From contig NW_027361864.1 in the NCBI RefSeq assembly GCF_039654945.1, positions 4,340,001 through 4,404,000 of the forward strand: a stretch of DNA of 64,000 bases, in the 5' to 3' direction. The position numbers were made by a program, and so were the translations under genes. The notes below the pieces were generated by a model that was not told the origin of the DNA, did not search any database, and saw only the letters and a program-made list of their open reading frames with translations. Source of the DNA: Dendrobates tinctorius (lineage: Eukaryota). Of the stretch, positions 49,161 through 62,248 are shown one piece after another; the stretch's first letter is position 1; each line of letters begins with the position of its first letter.

Positions 49161-51069
49161 TGTATATTCCACCTCACATTTTACCCACTGTCCCCACACA
49201 TCACCAACACATAGTCTTAACTTTTTTTTTTGGGGGGGGGGATCAAGCCACACTCCGGACCATGTTGCCATGTAGTGAAAACTCTGCAATTTTTTTGTGA
49301 AGAAAATCTGTCCACTGTGCGTTTAAAGACACGATAAAACTGCTTTTTTGTGTGTGTTTTTTATTTTATATCATAGGCTTTTTGGGGAGCTTGAAAAAAA
49401 AATGCATATGAAAAACCACAATTGCTTTTTTAAGGGGTTGTCCACCAATTGAACAACCCCTTCTTTAAGGGAACCTAACAGCTGATGCATGCTGTGCCCA
49501 ATCCATGGGCAGCATACGTTCCAGCAGTCCTACAGGGCTGAAATCATACAGCCAGTGTCTGATACATGCTGCTCGGTGGTTCGGGCACCAAGATTCAGCT
49601 CTCTGGTTCCCTTTAAATGGAGCAGTGCCCCACGTCAAATAAAAGGACAGGCACTGATCTAGGTGTTATCGACACTGTGAGCACTGCAGCCTATCATAAG
49701 CAAGTCCTCTAAGTGGTCTAATAAAAAGTGGCAAAAAATGTTATATATATACAAACAAAATAAATATGTTCAAATTATCCTCATTTTCTATAAACATAAC
49801 TAGCAAAACATGGAGCATTAATACGCATGCTAATGTAAAATTATTCCATAAGGGGAACGTCAGGACAAAAAGAAAAGGTGAAGCTTCAGAATTGCTGTTT
49901 TTTCCCTGAAAAAAAAGTGATCAAAGTATCGTATGCACCCCAAAATGGTAAAAAAAAAAAAAAAAAAAAAGTATGAAGTGTAAGAAAACCTAAAAGCCAG
50001 TGGTGGATTATGGTGGAATGAATGGTGTCATTCAGAACTGCACCTGCCTGTCCAGCACGGTACACGTGTGCGGTCCTGAGCGTCGCACTCCTACTGGGCC
50101 TCTGACTGTAGTGCAGCATTGACACGGGTCGCCATGTGCTAGGCGTCAGGCGCGGCATCACACAGGTGCGCTGGTCATGTTGGTGGGCACACATGAGGCA
50201 GTATAGGGCATAGCAGCACTTTCCTGCTGAGATAGCGACACCCCGAGGTGAACATTTCTGCCAAAAAGCACATGAAGGTAGGCGCTATCACAGCAGCAGA
50301 GAACATCTGGGTATGTATTTCCCACCAGTCTGCATTATTTAGCGTCTCGCTTTCTGCCATATTTTGCCTCATACTCCATCCTGTTGTGGGTAGTGTGAAT
50401 ATCACCTCTGCAATCATTGATGATGTACTATTACATGTGCTGGTTTGGCCACATGTCCCCCTTGTCATATGAGCTGTGTCCTCTCCTGCTGCCAGTGCAA
50501 TTTTCATACTGTGAAATCCATTTTAATCCTGTTTGTCAAAAGTTAATAAAGCATATCCTTTTTTTTTTTTTACTTTGTGTGTTTTGTGGTAATTGTGCCA
50601 ATTGTTTTTTTTTCTTGTTTGCTAGTGCCAGCCAGATCCCTTTATATGTCCACATAGAGGACCACCCAACATTAGCACCATGCCACATGGCAGATCTGTA
50701 TGTAGGAAGGTATTGTATACGTCCTAATTTATAAAAAAAAAAAAATACTAAGGTCAAGCAGACGCATAGCTAGGGGTTCAGCTTAGGGTTGAGGGGTCCC
50801 TAACCAGGTACCCATGTTTACAGCTATGGTGTCACACCGTATGGGTTTGTACAGACAACCATATTTTCAGTGCGAGCCGACAAAACATCTGAATCCACTC
50901 AGACCAGTGTTACACTATGGGGCTATGCACATGTCCAGGTGTTCTGAGGAAAAACAAGTTGCAGCATGCGCGATTTGCCTCCATAAATTGGATCGCACTC
51001 GGGCATTCAAGTACACAGGTCCATGAAACAGTCGGACCTCACTCAGATGACATCCAAGTGATATCCTAT

Positions 51070-51686
51070 TGTGGTGTATCAACTAATGGTCTATGGAGAG
51101 ACAGGTGTGTATCGCACAGAAAGAGGTCTGCGGCAATCTGAATCCAGGACAGGTTGCTGGGTCTTGTATTCCCACAAACCTGTAATTTATCAAAGGGCTG
51201 GATTTAAGTGTTAATCAGAAGTGATGGGTGGGACTGGTTAACCACACACCTCCCAGGGGGTGTGCTCCTGTGAACACAGGAAGAAGGTCCTACATATTTC
51301 CTGTGGGCAACACATGGCACATGGGGGAAGTCCATGTGTGAGACAGGAGCTGACTGGAGCTTCTGAAGGTCCACAAAGCACCAAGGGTCTGAGTGACTAC
51401 CATGGGCCAGATGAAGCCAGGCTGGGGAAAACCAAAGGTGCTGTTATAACCAGGTAACCTCGAATCTGGGGAATTGTGTCTCGACGGACATCAGGCATTT
51501 GAACTGTGCGAACGGAACCGGACTGTGGGCTCTGTATGGTTCACGTGCCCAGCCAGGGGTTATGGAGTGGTTTCTGATTCTGTAATGAACCCGAGTTGGA
51601 CTTGTTTAAAGGAAGAATCTGCTGTGTAGTTGGCTATTGCTGCCAAGCGAGTATACCCCAGCCCGCTTAGTGATCGCTGCGTCACA
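51070..51686. mobile_element. Solo LTR (617 bp) inserted in a MITE remnant
   Basis: TGTGGTG...GCGTCACA termini with a 4-bp TSD CTAT at 51066-51069 and 51687-51690. Confidence 0.65.
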
Positions 51687-51859
51687 CTATTTTCATGAAC
51701 TGACTATTATTATTCTCCATATCTGAGAAGAAAATGGATCCGACTCTGATCAAATCTAATTTGAATCAGTCTGATTAGCATAATCGCACCGTTTTTCTTG
51801 GATGGACAAAATACGTTTGTGGGACTCAAAGCTACAACTCGTCTCCCAAGAAAGAGATA

Positions 51860-53256
51860 TTTTTACATAATTTGCGTTTTATTGCATGAAATAAATGTTT
51901 GATACAATAGAAAAACAGAACTTAATATTTGCAGAAACCTTTGTTTGCAGTTACAGAGGTCAGACGTTTCCTGTAGTTCTTGACCAAGCTTGCACAGACT
52001 GCAGCAGGGATTTTGGCCCACTCCTCCATACAGATCTTTCAGGTTACGGGGCAGTCACTGGGCAACATTGAGTTTCAGCTCCCTCCAAAGATTTTCTATT
52101 GGGTTCAGGTCTGGAGACTGGCTAGGCCTCTCCAGGACCCTGAAATGCTTCTTAAGTAACCATTCCTTAGTTGCCCTGGCTGTGTTTTGGGTCATTGGGT
52201 CATCCTAGTAGACCCAGCCACGACCCATCTTCAATGCTCTTACTGAAGGAAGGAGGTTGTTGGCCAAAATCTCACGATACATGACCCCATCCATCCTCCC
52301 TTCAGTACGGTGCAGTTGTCCTGTCCTCTTTGCAGAAAAGCACCCCCAAAGTAAGATGTTTGCTCCACCATGCTTCAGGACGGTGTTCTTGCAGTTGCAC
52401 TCATCCTTCTTCCAAACACGACGAGTGAAGTTGATACCACATGACCTTCTCCCATGCCTCCTCTGGATCATCCAGATGGACATTAGCGAACTTCAAACGG
52501 GCCTGGACATGTGCTGGCGTGAGCCAGGGGACCTTGCGAGCCCTGCAGGATTTTAATCCATGACAGCGTAGTGCGTTACTAACAGTAATGTTTGAGACTG
52601 TTTTGTCCCAGCTCTCTTCTGGTCATTGACCAGGTCCTGCTGTGTAGTTCTGGTCTGATTTCTGGCCTTTCTCAGAATCATCCTTGCCCCACGAGGCAAG
52701 ATCTTGCCTGGAGCCCCAGACCAAGGAAGATTGACAGTCATCTTGTGTTTCTTCCATTCTCCAATAATTGTGCCAACAGTTGTTGCCTTCTCACCGAGCT
52801 GCTTGCCTTTTGTCCTGTAGCCCATCCCAGCCTTGTGCAGGTCTACAATTTTGTCCCTGTTGTCCTTAGACAGCTCTTTGGTATTGGCCATGGTGGAGAG
52901 GTTGGAGTGTGATTCGGTGTGTGGACAGGCGTCTTTTATACAGGTAACAAGTTCAAACAGGTGCAATTAATACAGGTAATGAGTGCAGAGTAGGAGGCTT
53001 CTTAACGCAAACCTAAAAAGTCTGAGAGCGCCAGAATTCTTGCTGGTTGGTAGGTGATCGAATACTTATTTCAGGCAATAAAATACAAATTACGGTATGT
53101 AAAAATCATACAATGTGATTTTCTGCTTTTTTATTTTTAGATTCCTTCTCTCACAGGTGAAGTGTACCTACGATAAAAATTACAGACTTCTCCATTCTTT
53201 GTAGATGGAAAAACTTGCAAAAGTGGCAGTGTATCAAATACTTACTATCCCCACTG
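51860..53256 (-). mobile_element. Tc1-family transposon, decayed (transposase pseudogene from ATG at 52891)
   Basis: [56 protein letters not shown] and [12 protein letters not shown]. Right end ccccactg|ta. Frameshifts and deletions throughout. Confidence 0.92.
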
Positions 53257-53955
53257 TAAAGTTATAACTCCTAGTAGAAAAGAAAGAAACAAAAGTGCAA
53301 GAATGAAGATCGACTGTGGCGAAAAGGGGGTTAAGTCTTGCTGGCCTTGAGGATGCCTCCTCCGTAGATCAGACTGGTTTCTCCAGCGCTCAGATGCCAG
53401 ATTGGATTGAGAGCTCAGGGTTTTGGAGACAAGTCGTCACCCTGATCTCTGTGACGTGTTCATCAAACTATTCCTGAACAAGTTTTGTGACAGAGGCATT
53501 GTCGTGCTGAAATTTGGCGCTGCCATGAAGTGGGGGAGGGGCGGACTTGGTCCGTGCAATTATTAGGTGGGTGGTATAGGTCACAGCCACATGATGCCAG
53601 GACACAAGGTTCCCCGACAGGACACTGCCCCATCACAGCTCTTCCTCTCTTTTCCTATAGAGCAATTATGGTAAACCCTTTAGAGACCGGAGTGCCCAAA
53701 CTGCAATACAAATTATTTGCAAAGTGCCCTGAATACTGAGGTTTTAGATTAGAAAGACAACTCGTACATTAGCGCGCTATAGAGTTCATATCAAGGAGCT
53801 TGTAAGCGCTGAACTCCAAGCCACCACTTGTAGTGAAGGTCTTTTCTTGAGAATGGAGAGGATATTTAATGAAAAGTAAAATTGCAAAGTTGTTTGTTTT
53901 TACAACCTCTTTGCAGTTGGAACCCTTTATCATGATGAGAACAAACCCTTTAAGG

Positions 53956-56900
53956 CAGGGATGTCAAACTCAAATACACAGAAGGCCAAAATTAAAAGCT
54001 TGCAGAAAGTTGCAGGCCAACCTTGATATTTGTTAAAAAAAAAAATGTCTGCAGATGGGCCAATGACCTAATATAAATATGTAATAAAGGATAAAAAAAA
54101 CTTTGAATAAAACAGATAAAGTATGATGCAAACAAAAGTGCTCCCAAACACAGTATGATACACCCACAGTGGACTCCTCCACACGCAGAGCATGATGACC
54201 CTACTGTACCCCCCCCTCAGTTCCCCCAACAAAGAATGGTGACCCCATCACTGTAGGATTCTCCAACTGTAATCCCCACACAGCGCTCCATACAGTACAA
54301 TGGCCGCAAAAAATGCTCCATACAGTATGACTCCACATAGTGGTCCATACAGTATAATTGCCCCAAATAGTGCTCCATACAGCATAATGGCCCGACATAG
54401 TCCTCCATACAGTATAATGGCCCCACACAGTGCTCCATATAGTATAACGGCCTCACATAGTGCTCCATATAGTATAATGCCTCACATAGTATTTCATACA
54501 GTATAATGGCCTCACATAGTCCTCCATACAGTATAATGGCCTCACATAGTGCTTCATACAGTATAATGGCCTCACATAGTGCTCCATTCAGCATAATGGC
54601 CCCACATAGTGCTCCATACAGTATAATAGCCCCACATAGTGCTCCATATAGTATAACGGCCTCACATAGTGCTTCATACAGTATAATGGCCTCACATAGT
54701 CCTCCATACAGTATAATGGCCCCACATAGTGCTCCATACAGTATAATGGCCCCACATAGTGCTCCATACAGTATAATGGCCCCACATAGTGCTGCATACT
54801 GTATAATGGCCTCACATAGTGCTCAATACTGTATAATGGCCCCACATAGTGCTCCATACTGTATAATGGCCCCACATAGTCCCCCATACAGTATAATGAC
54901 CCCACATAGTCCTCCATACAGTATAATGGCCCCACATAGTGCTCCATACAGTATAATGGCCCCACATAGTGCTCCATACAGTATAATGGCCCCACATAGT
55001 GCTCCATACAGTATAATGACCCCACATAGTCCTCCATACAGTATAATGGCCCCACATAGTGCTCCATACAGTATAATGGCCCCACATAGTGCTCCATACA
55101 GTATAATGGCCCCACATAGTGCTCCATACAGTATAATGACCCCACATAGTCCTCCATACAGTATAATGGCCCCACATAGTGCTCCATACAGTATAATGGC
55201 CCCACATAGTGCTGCATACTGTATAATGGCCTCACATAGTGCTCCATACAGTATAATGGCCCCACATAGTGCTCCATACAGTATAATGGCCCCACATAGT
55301 GCTTCATACAGTATAATGGCCCCACATAGTGCTCCATACAGTATAATGGGCCCCACATAGTGCTCCATACAGTATAATAGCCCCACATAGTGCTCCATAT
55401 AGTATAATGCCTCACATAGTACTTCATACAGTATAATGGCCTCACATAGTCCTCCATACAGTATAATGGCCTCACATAGTGCTTCATATAGTATAACGGC
55501 CTCACATAGTGCTTCATACAGTATAATGGCCTCACATAGTCCTCCATACAGTATAATGGCCCCACATAGTGCTCCATACAGTATAATGGCCCCACATAGT
55601 GCTGCATACTGTATAATGGCCTCACATAGTGCTCCATACTGTATAATGGCCCCACATAGTGCTCCATACTGTATAATGGCCCCACATAGTCCCCCATACA
55701 GTATAATGACCCCACATAGTGCTCCATACTGTATAATGGCCCCACATAGTCCCCCATACAGTATAATGACCCCACATAGTCCTCCATACAGTATAATGGC
55801 CCCACATAGTGCTCCATACAGTATAATGGCCCCACATAGTGCTCCATACAGTATAATGGCCCCACATAGTGCTCCATACAGTATAATGACCCCACATAGT
55901 CCTCCATACAGTATAATGGCCCCACATAGTGCTCCATACAGTATAATGGCCCCACATAGTGCTCCATACAGTATAATGGCCCCACATAGTGCTCCATACA
56001 GTATAATGACCCCACATAGTCCTCCATACAGTATAATGGCCCCACATAGTGCTCCATACAGTATAATGGCCCCACATAGTGCTGCATACTGTATAATGGC
56101 CTCACATAGTGCTCCATACAGTATAATGGCCCCACATAGTGCTCCATACAGTATAATGGCCCCACATAGTGCTTCATACAGTATAATGGCCCCACATAGT
56201 GCTCCATACAGTATAATGGGCCCCACATAGTGCTCCATACAGTATAATAGCCCCACATAGTGCTCCATATAGTATAATGCCTCACATAGTACTTCATACA
56301 GTATAATGGCCTCACATAGTCCTCCATACAGTATAATGGCCTCACATAGTGCTTCATATAGTATAACGGCCTCACATAGTGCTTCATACAGTATAATGGC
56401 CTCACATAGTCCTCCATACAGTATAATGGCCCCACATAGTGCTCCATACAGTATAATGGCCCCACATAGTGCTGCATACTGTATAATGGCCTCACATAGT
56501 GCTCCATACTGTATAATGGCCCCACATAGTGCTCCATACTGTATAATGGCCCCACATAGTCCCCCATACAGTATAATGACCCCACGTAGTGCTCCATACA
56601 GTATAATGGCCCCACATAGTGCTCCATACAGTATAATGACCCCACATAGTCCTCCATACAGTATAATGGCCCCACATAGTGCTCCATACAGAATAATGGC
56701 CCCACATAGTGCTCCATACAGTATAATGGCCCCACATAGTGCTCCATACAGTATAATGACCCCACATAGTCCTCCATACAGTATAATGGCCCCACATAGT
56801 GCTCCATACAGTATAATGGCCCCACATAGTGCTCCATACAGTATAATGGCCCCACATAGTGCTCCATACAGTATAATGACCCCACATAGTCCTCCATACA

Positions 56901-59493
56901 GTATAATGGCCCCACATAGTGCTCCATACAGTATATTGGCCCCACATAGTGCTGCATACTGTATAATGGCCCCACATAGTGCTCCATACAGTATAATGGC
57001 CCCACATAGTGCTCCATACAGTATAATGGCCCCACATAGTCCTCCATACAGTATAATGGCCCCACATAGTGCTCCATACAGTATAATGGCCCCACATAGT
57101 GCTCCATACAGTATAATGGCCCCACATAGTGCTTCATACAGTATAATGGCCCCACATAGTGCTCCATACAGTATAATGGGCCCCACATAGTGCTCCATAC
57201 AGTATAATAGCCCCACATAGTGCTCCATATAGTATAATGCCTCACATAGTACTTCATACAGTATAATGGCCTCACATAGTCCTCCATACAGTATAATGGC
57301 CTCACATAGTGCTTCATATAGTATAACGGCCTCACATAGTGCTTCATACAGTATAATGGCCTCACATAGTCCTCCATACAGTATAATGGCCCCACATAGT
57401 GCTCCATACAGTATAATGGCCCCACATAGTGCTGCATACTGTATAATGGCCTCACATAGTGCTCCATACTGTATAATGGCCCCACATAGTGCTCCATACT
57501 GTATAATGGCCCCACATAGTCCCCCATACAGTATAATGACCCCACGTAGTGCTCCATACAGTATAATGGCCCCACATAGTGCTCCATACAGTATAATGAC
57601 CCCACATAGTGCTCCATACAGTATATTGGCCCCACATAGTGCTGCATACTGTATAATGGCCCCACATAGTGCTCCATACAGTATAATGGCCCCACATAGT
57701 GCTCCATACAGTATAATGGCCCCACATAGTGCTCCATACTGTATAATGGCCCCACATAGTGCTCCATACAGTATATTGGCCCCACATAGTGCTGCATACT
57801 GTATAATGGCCCCACATAGTGCTCCATACAGTATAATGGCCCCACATAGTGCTCCATACAGTATAATGGCCCCACATAGTGCTCCATACTGTATAATGGC
57901 CCCACATAGTGCTCCATACAGTATAATGGCCCCACATAGTGCTCCATACAGTATATTGGCCCCACATAGTGCTCCATACTGTATAATGGCCCCACATAGT
58001 GCTTCATACTGTATAATGGCCCCACATAGTGCTCCATACAGTATATTGGCCCCACATAGTGCTCCATACAGTATAATGACCCCACATAGTGCTCCATACA
58101 GTATATTGGCCCCACATAGTGCTCCATACTGTATAATGGCCCCACATAGTGCTCCATACAGTATAATGGCCCCACATAGTGCTCCATACTGTATAATGGC
58201 CCCACATAGTGCTCCATACAGTATAATGGCCCCACATAGTGCTCCATACAGTATATTGGCCCCACATAGTGCTCCATACTGTATAATGGCCCCACATAGT
58301 GCTTCATACTGTATAATGGCCCCACATAGTGCTCCATACTGTATAATGGCCCCACATAGTGCTCCATACTGTATAATGACCCCACATAGTCCTCCATACA
58401 GTATAATGGCCCCACATAGTGCTCCATACAGTATAATGGCCCCACATAGTGCTCCATACAGTATAATGGCCCCACATAGTGCTCCATACTGTATAATGAC
58501 CCCACATAGTCCTCCATACAGTATAATGGCCCCACATAGTGCTCCATACTGTATAATGGCCCCACATAGTGCTCCATACTGTATAATGACCCCACATAGT
58601 CCTCCATACAGTATAATGGCCCCACATAGTGCTCCATACAGTATAATGGCCTCACATAGTCCTCCATATAGTATAATGGCCCCACATAGTGCTCCATACT
58701 GTATAATGGCCCCACATAGTGCTCCATACAGTATAATGGCCCCACATAGTGCTCCATACAGTATAATGGCCCCACATAGTGCTCCATACTGTATAATGGC
58801 CCCACATAGTGCTCCATACAGTATAATGGCCCCACATAGTCCTCCATACAGTATAATGGCCCCACATAGTGCTCCATACAGTATAATGGCCCCACATAGT
58901 GCTCCATACAGTATAATGGCCCCACATAGTGCTCCATACTGTATAATGACCCCACATAGTCCTCCATACAGTATAATGGCCCCACATAGTGCTCCATACT
59001 GTATAATGGCCCCACATAGTGCTCCATACAGTATAATGACCCCACATAGTCCTCCATACAGTATAATGGCCCCACATAGTGCTCCATACAGTATAATGGC
59101 CTCACATAGTCCTCCATATAGTATAATGGCCCCACATAGTGCTCCATACTGTATAATGGCCCCACATAGTGCTCCATACTGTATAATGGCCCCACATAGT
59201 GCTCCATACAGTATAATGGCCCCACATAGTGCTTCATACTGTATAATGGCCCCACATTTAAAAAAAAAAAAATACGGTAACTACTCACTTCTGCCCATTC
59301 CAATGCTGATCTGGTCTCTTCATATATCACAACCCTACCTGTGGGCACTATCGCCGCGACTAGTGATGAGGGAGATGGTGAGAGGGCTGAGAAGAGTGGT
59401 GGCGGAACTAGTCCTGAGGAGACGGCGCGCGTACTCACCGGGAGGGCTCTGTGTGCCCCCTCTGGCATGCGTGCCATAGGTTCGCTGCCACTG
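53956..59493. mobile_element. hAT/Charlie-like non-autonomous ends enclosing the 30-bp array
   Basis: Left end CAGGGATGTCAAACTC and right end GGTTCGCTGCCACTG. The two ends and their 8-bp flanks do not match each other. Confidence 0.5.
54280..59257. repeat. 30-bp minisatellite (~165 units)
   Basis: Unit cccacatagtgctccatacagtataatggc; marker blocks recur at 870- and 960-bp offsets. Confidence 0.98.
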
Positions 59494-60186
59494 CTATAGA
59501 GCATCCTGGTGCCATCTCTTCCCCAGGTAAGTGACCGACGCACCAGACTGACCTCCTGATATGAAAAAAAAGGTGATTGGTGAGACCGGGCCGCCTCCTT
59601 CCATTGCTCCATTTCTGGTGCTCATGTGCCCCTTCCAGGTACTGGCAGAGGTCTGCAGGGCTCAGCATGTGCGCTCCTGGCTTTTCAGCGACTACACAGC
59701 CCCATATGCAGCGATCTCATTATCAGACCTGGGACGGCTTCTATCGTTTCCTTCAGGCGCTCATTGGTAAGATCAGACCAGATAGCTCACCTTCACTACT
59801 GGTGCAGAACCAGACATTGTGCTCGCTTGTGTTGCTGGTTCCCCGGTTGTCCGTCCATGGAGCAATGTTGTTGGGTACTGAACACTGCAGGCCAGGATCA
59901 CCCCACAAGACCTGTGATGATCTCACCCAGTCCTCCAGGAATCCCTATTTGTCTCACGTCAGTCACTCAGATCTGGATATCCTTGTTACCAATGCTCTTC
60001 ACTATCAATGTGACTTTTCTGCCACAGATATCCCTCTGCGGCAACAATCACCGCAAAGTATGGGATCCGGGGTGATATCCGCAGCAGGAACTGACACGAT
60101 ACACATGGAAACTCCTCCGAACTTTATCCGCCAAGCTTTTCAAGAGGAAAATGCCTCTGGTGAAAGCTGGTGTTGGTTTTCCTTAA

Positions 60187-60474
60187 AAGAGTGGTCCGGT
60201 CTTTGGCTACGAGTCTGCAGTCACTCTATGTGACCTCAGACTTGTGTATTCTTATGGAGGCGTGACCATAAGTATGTGATTTGCACCTATGTGGTCACAT
60301 GCCGACTAGACGTACACTCAATGCACGTGTATCTAGCAAGTCTGGACACGTTTAGTCTGAATGTGGCTAGAAGTGTGTAAATCGCATATTTGCAGTCACG
60401 CACCCGCGCAATAAGGATTACATAGAGTCACATAGAGTCACTGCAGACTTGTAGCCCAAGGCCGGATAACCCAT
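60187..60474. mobile_element. T2/Kolobok-type MITE
   Basis: TTAA flanks at 60183-60186 and 60475-60478; inverted arms gtctgcagtcactctatgtgac / gtcacatagagtcactgcagac. Confidence 0.75.
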
Positions 60475-60555
60475 TTAAGCCTCATTTTGATAATTTTTTT
60501 CCACGTTCAATTTTTTTAAAGACCTTTTTATCTAAACTATTGAGCGGCTCCAAAG

Positions 60556-61394
60556 CAGAAGCCTCCAGAGGGAAGGTCGGGTCAGGAGCCTCCAGAGGGA
60601 AGGTCGGGTCAGGAGCCTCCAGAGGGAAGGTCGGGTCAGGAGCCTCCAGAGGAAAGGTCGGGTCAGAAGCCTCCAGAGGAAAGGTCGGGTCAGAAGCCTC
60701 CAGAGGGAAGGTCGGGTCAGGAGCCTCCAGAGGGAAGGTCGGGTCAGAAGCCTCCAGAGGAAAGGTCGGGTCAGAAGCCTCCAGAGGGAAGGTCAGGTCA
60801 GAAGCCTCCAGAGGGAAGGTCGGGTCAGAAGCCTCCAGAGGGAAGGTCGGGTCAGAAGCCTCCAGAGGAAAGGTCGGGTCAGAAGCCTCCAGAGGGAAGG
60901 TCGGGTCAGAAGCCTCCAGAGGAAAGGTCGGGTCAGAAGCCTCCAGAGGGAAGGTCGGGTCAGAAGCCTCCAGAGGGAAGGTCGGGTCAGAAGCCTCCAG
61001 AGGAAAGGTCGGGTCAGAAGCCTCCAGAGGAAAGGTCGGGTCAGAAGCCTCCAGAGGGAAGGTCGGGTCAGAAGCCTCCAGAGGGAAGGTCGGGTCAGAA
61101 GCCTCCAGAGGGAAGGTCGGGTCAGAAGCCTCCAGAGGAAAGGTCGGGTCAGAAGCCTCCAGAGGGAAGGTCGGGTCAGAAGCCTCCAGAGGGAAGGTCG
61201 GGTCAGAAGCCTCCAGAGGGAAGGTCGGGTCAGAAGCCTCCAGAGGGAAGGTCGGGTCAGAAGCCTCCAGAGGGAAGGTCGGGTCAGAAGCCTCCAGAGG
61301 GAAGGTCGGGTCAGGAGCCTCCAGAGGGAAGGTCGGGTCAGGAGCCTCCAGAGGGAAGGTCGGGTCAGGAGCCTCCAGAGGGAAGGTCGGGTCA
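60556..61394. repeat. 27-bp minisatellite (~31 units)
   Basis: Unit cagaagcctccagagggaaggtcgggt. Confidence 0.98.
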
Positions 61395-61899
61395 CATAGT
61401 TTAGATGCTTCACATGTTCGGAGTGTTTTCCAGATGTTATCGCTCGATTCCTTATTAGTGACTTTTTGAATAAGTAACCTCATTTCTTCCGAATGTGCTG
61501 CAGTTTTCCCCCAGAGAGATCTCACCTACACCAGATATTTTGGCGCAATTTATTTTTTAGCTGATTTAAGAAGTGTTTATTTATTTGCACCGAGATTGTC
61601 ACAAAGAAAGGTTAGAGACGTGATTAAAAAACATTTTTTATTTTGCGCAGAATTCGGGAACCACGTGCGCCATTATGAAGAATTCGGTGCCATAAAATTG
61701 ATCGAATGCTGCAAGATAGACAAAAAAAAAAAAGTAAAATGACTTAAAAAAAAAAGCAAATGATGGATCAGAGCTTTAATATTCATTTCTATAAAAATAA
61801 ATCCACATGAGGAGTTTTTCCATTTCTCATTTTTCCCCGCTGTAGGTTGTGAAACCCATCTGTGTAGAGGCAGGAAATAGTTAACTAGGCCAGTTTGGT

Positions 61900-62023
61900 C
61901 CTCCAGGCGCTAGATGGCGCTGACGTTCCTCACGCAGTTTTGACCGACGCTCCTAGTCTTTAGTGTCAGTGCCTCTGTGGGCAGCGGGAGCAGCTGACGT
62001 GTGCCCGGGAGGAGCGGGTGAGT
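61900..62023 (+). promoter_or_regulatory. Probable promoter and non-coding first exon of the next (unidentified) gene
   Basis: CpG-rich. CTCF-like GCGCTAGATGGCGCTG at 61907-61922, TGACGT half-sites, and a consensus donor CGG|GTGAGT at 62018. Confidence 0.5.
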
Positions 62024-62248
62024 AGAGGCGCCCACGGTGAGCGCAGCAGCGGGTACGGTGCACTGGCAGGACAGGCAGCTGCTCACACTCGTGCACCAGG
62101 ATCAAGGGGAACTAGTAGAAAGCCGAGTGCTCAGCTCCAGTCCCTGTGGATTGTATGGATTTGGGATTTTTCTCAATCTCAGCTTTTTTTTTTTTTTTTA
62201 CTTGCGTTTCTTTAACCCCTTTGTGCCCAGGTCTAAATGAGCCTTTAA

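Noticed and set aside
49990-50510. Possible decayed transposase or host exon
   Set aside because: No recognisable motif or consistent splice sites; a profile search would be needed.
54506-59612. Very long ORFs (1674, 801, 737 aa)
   Set aside because: They come from a 30-bp (codon-multiple) minisatellite that is open in several frames on both strands. They have no non-repetitive domain or splice context.
60482-61525. 347, 309 and 206-aa repetitive ORFs
   Set aside because: Translations of the 27-bp VNTR, open on both strands.
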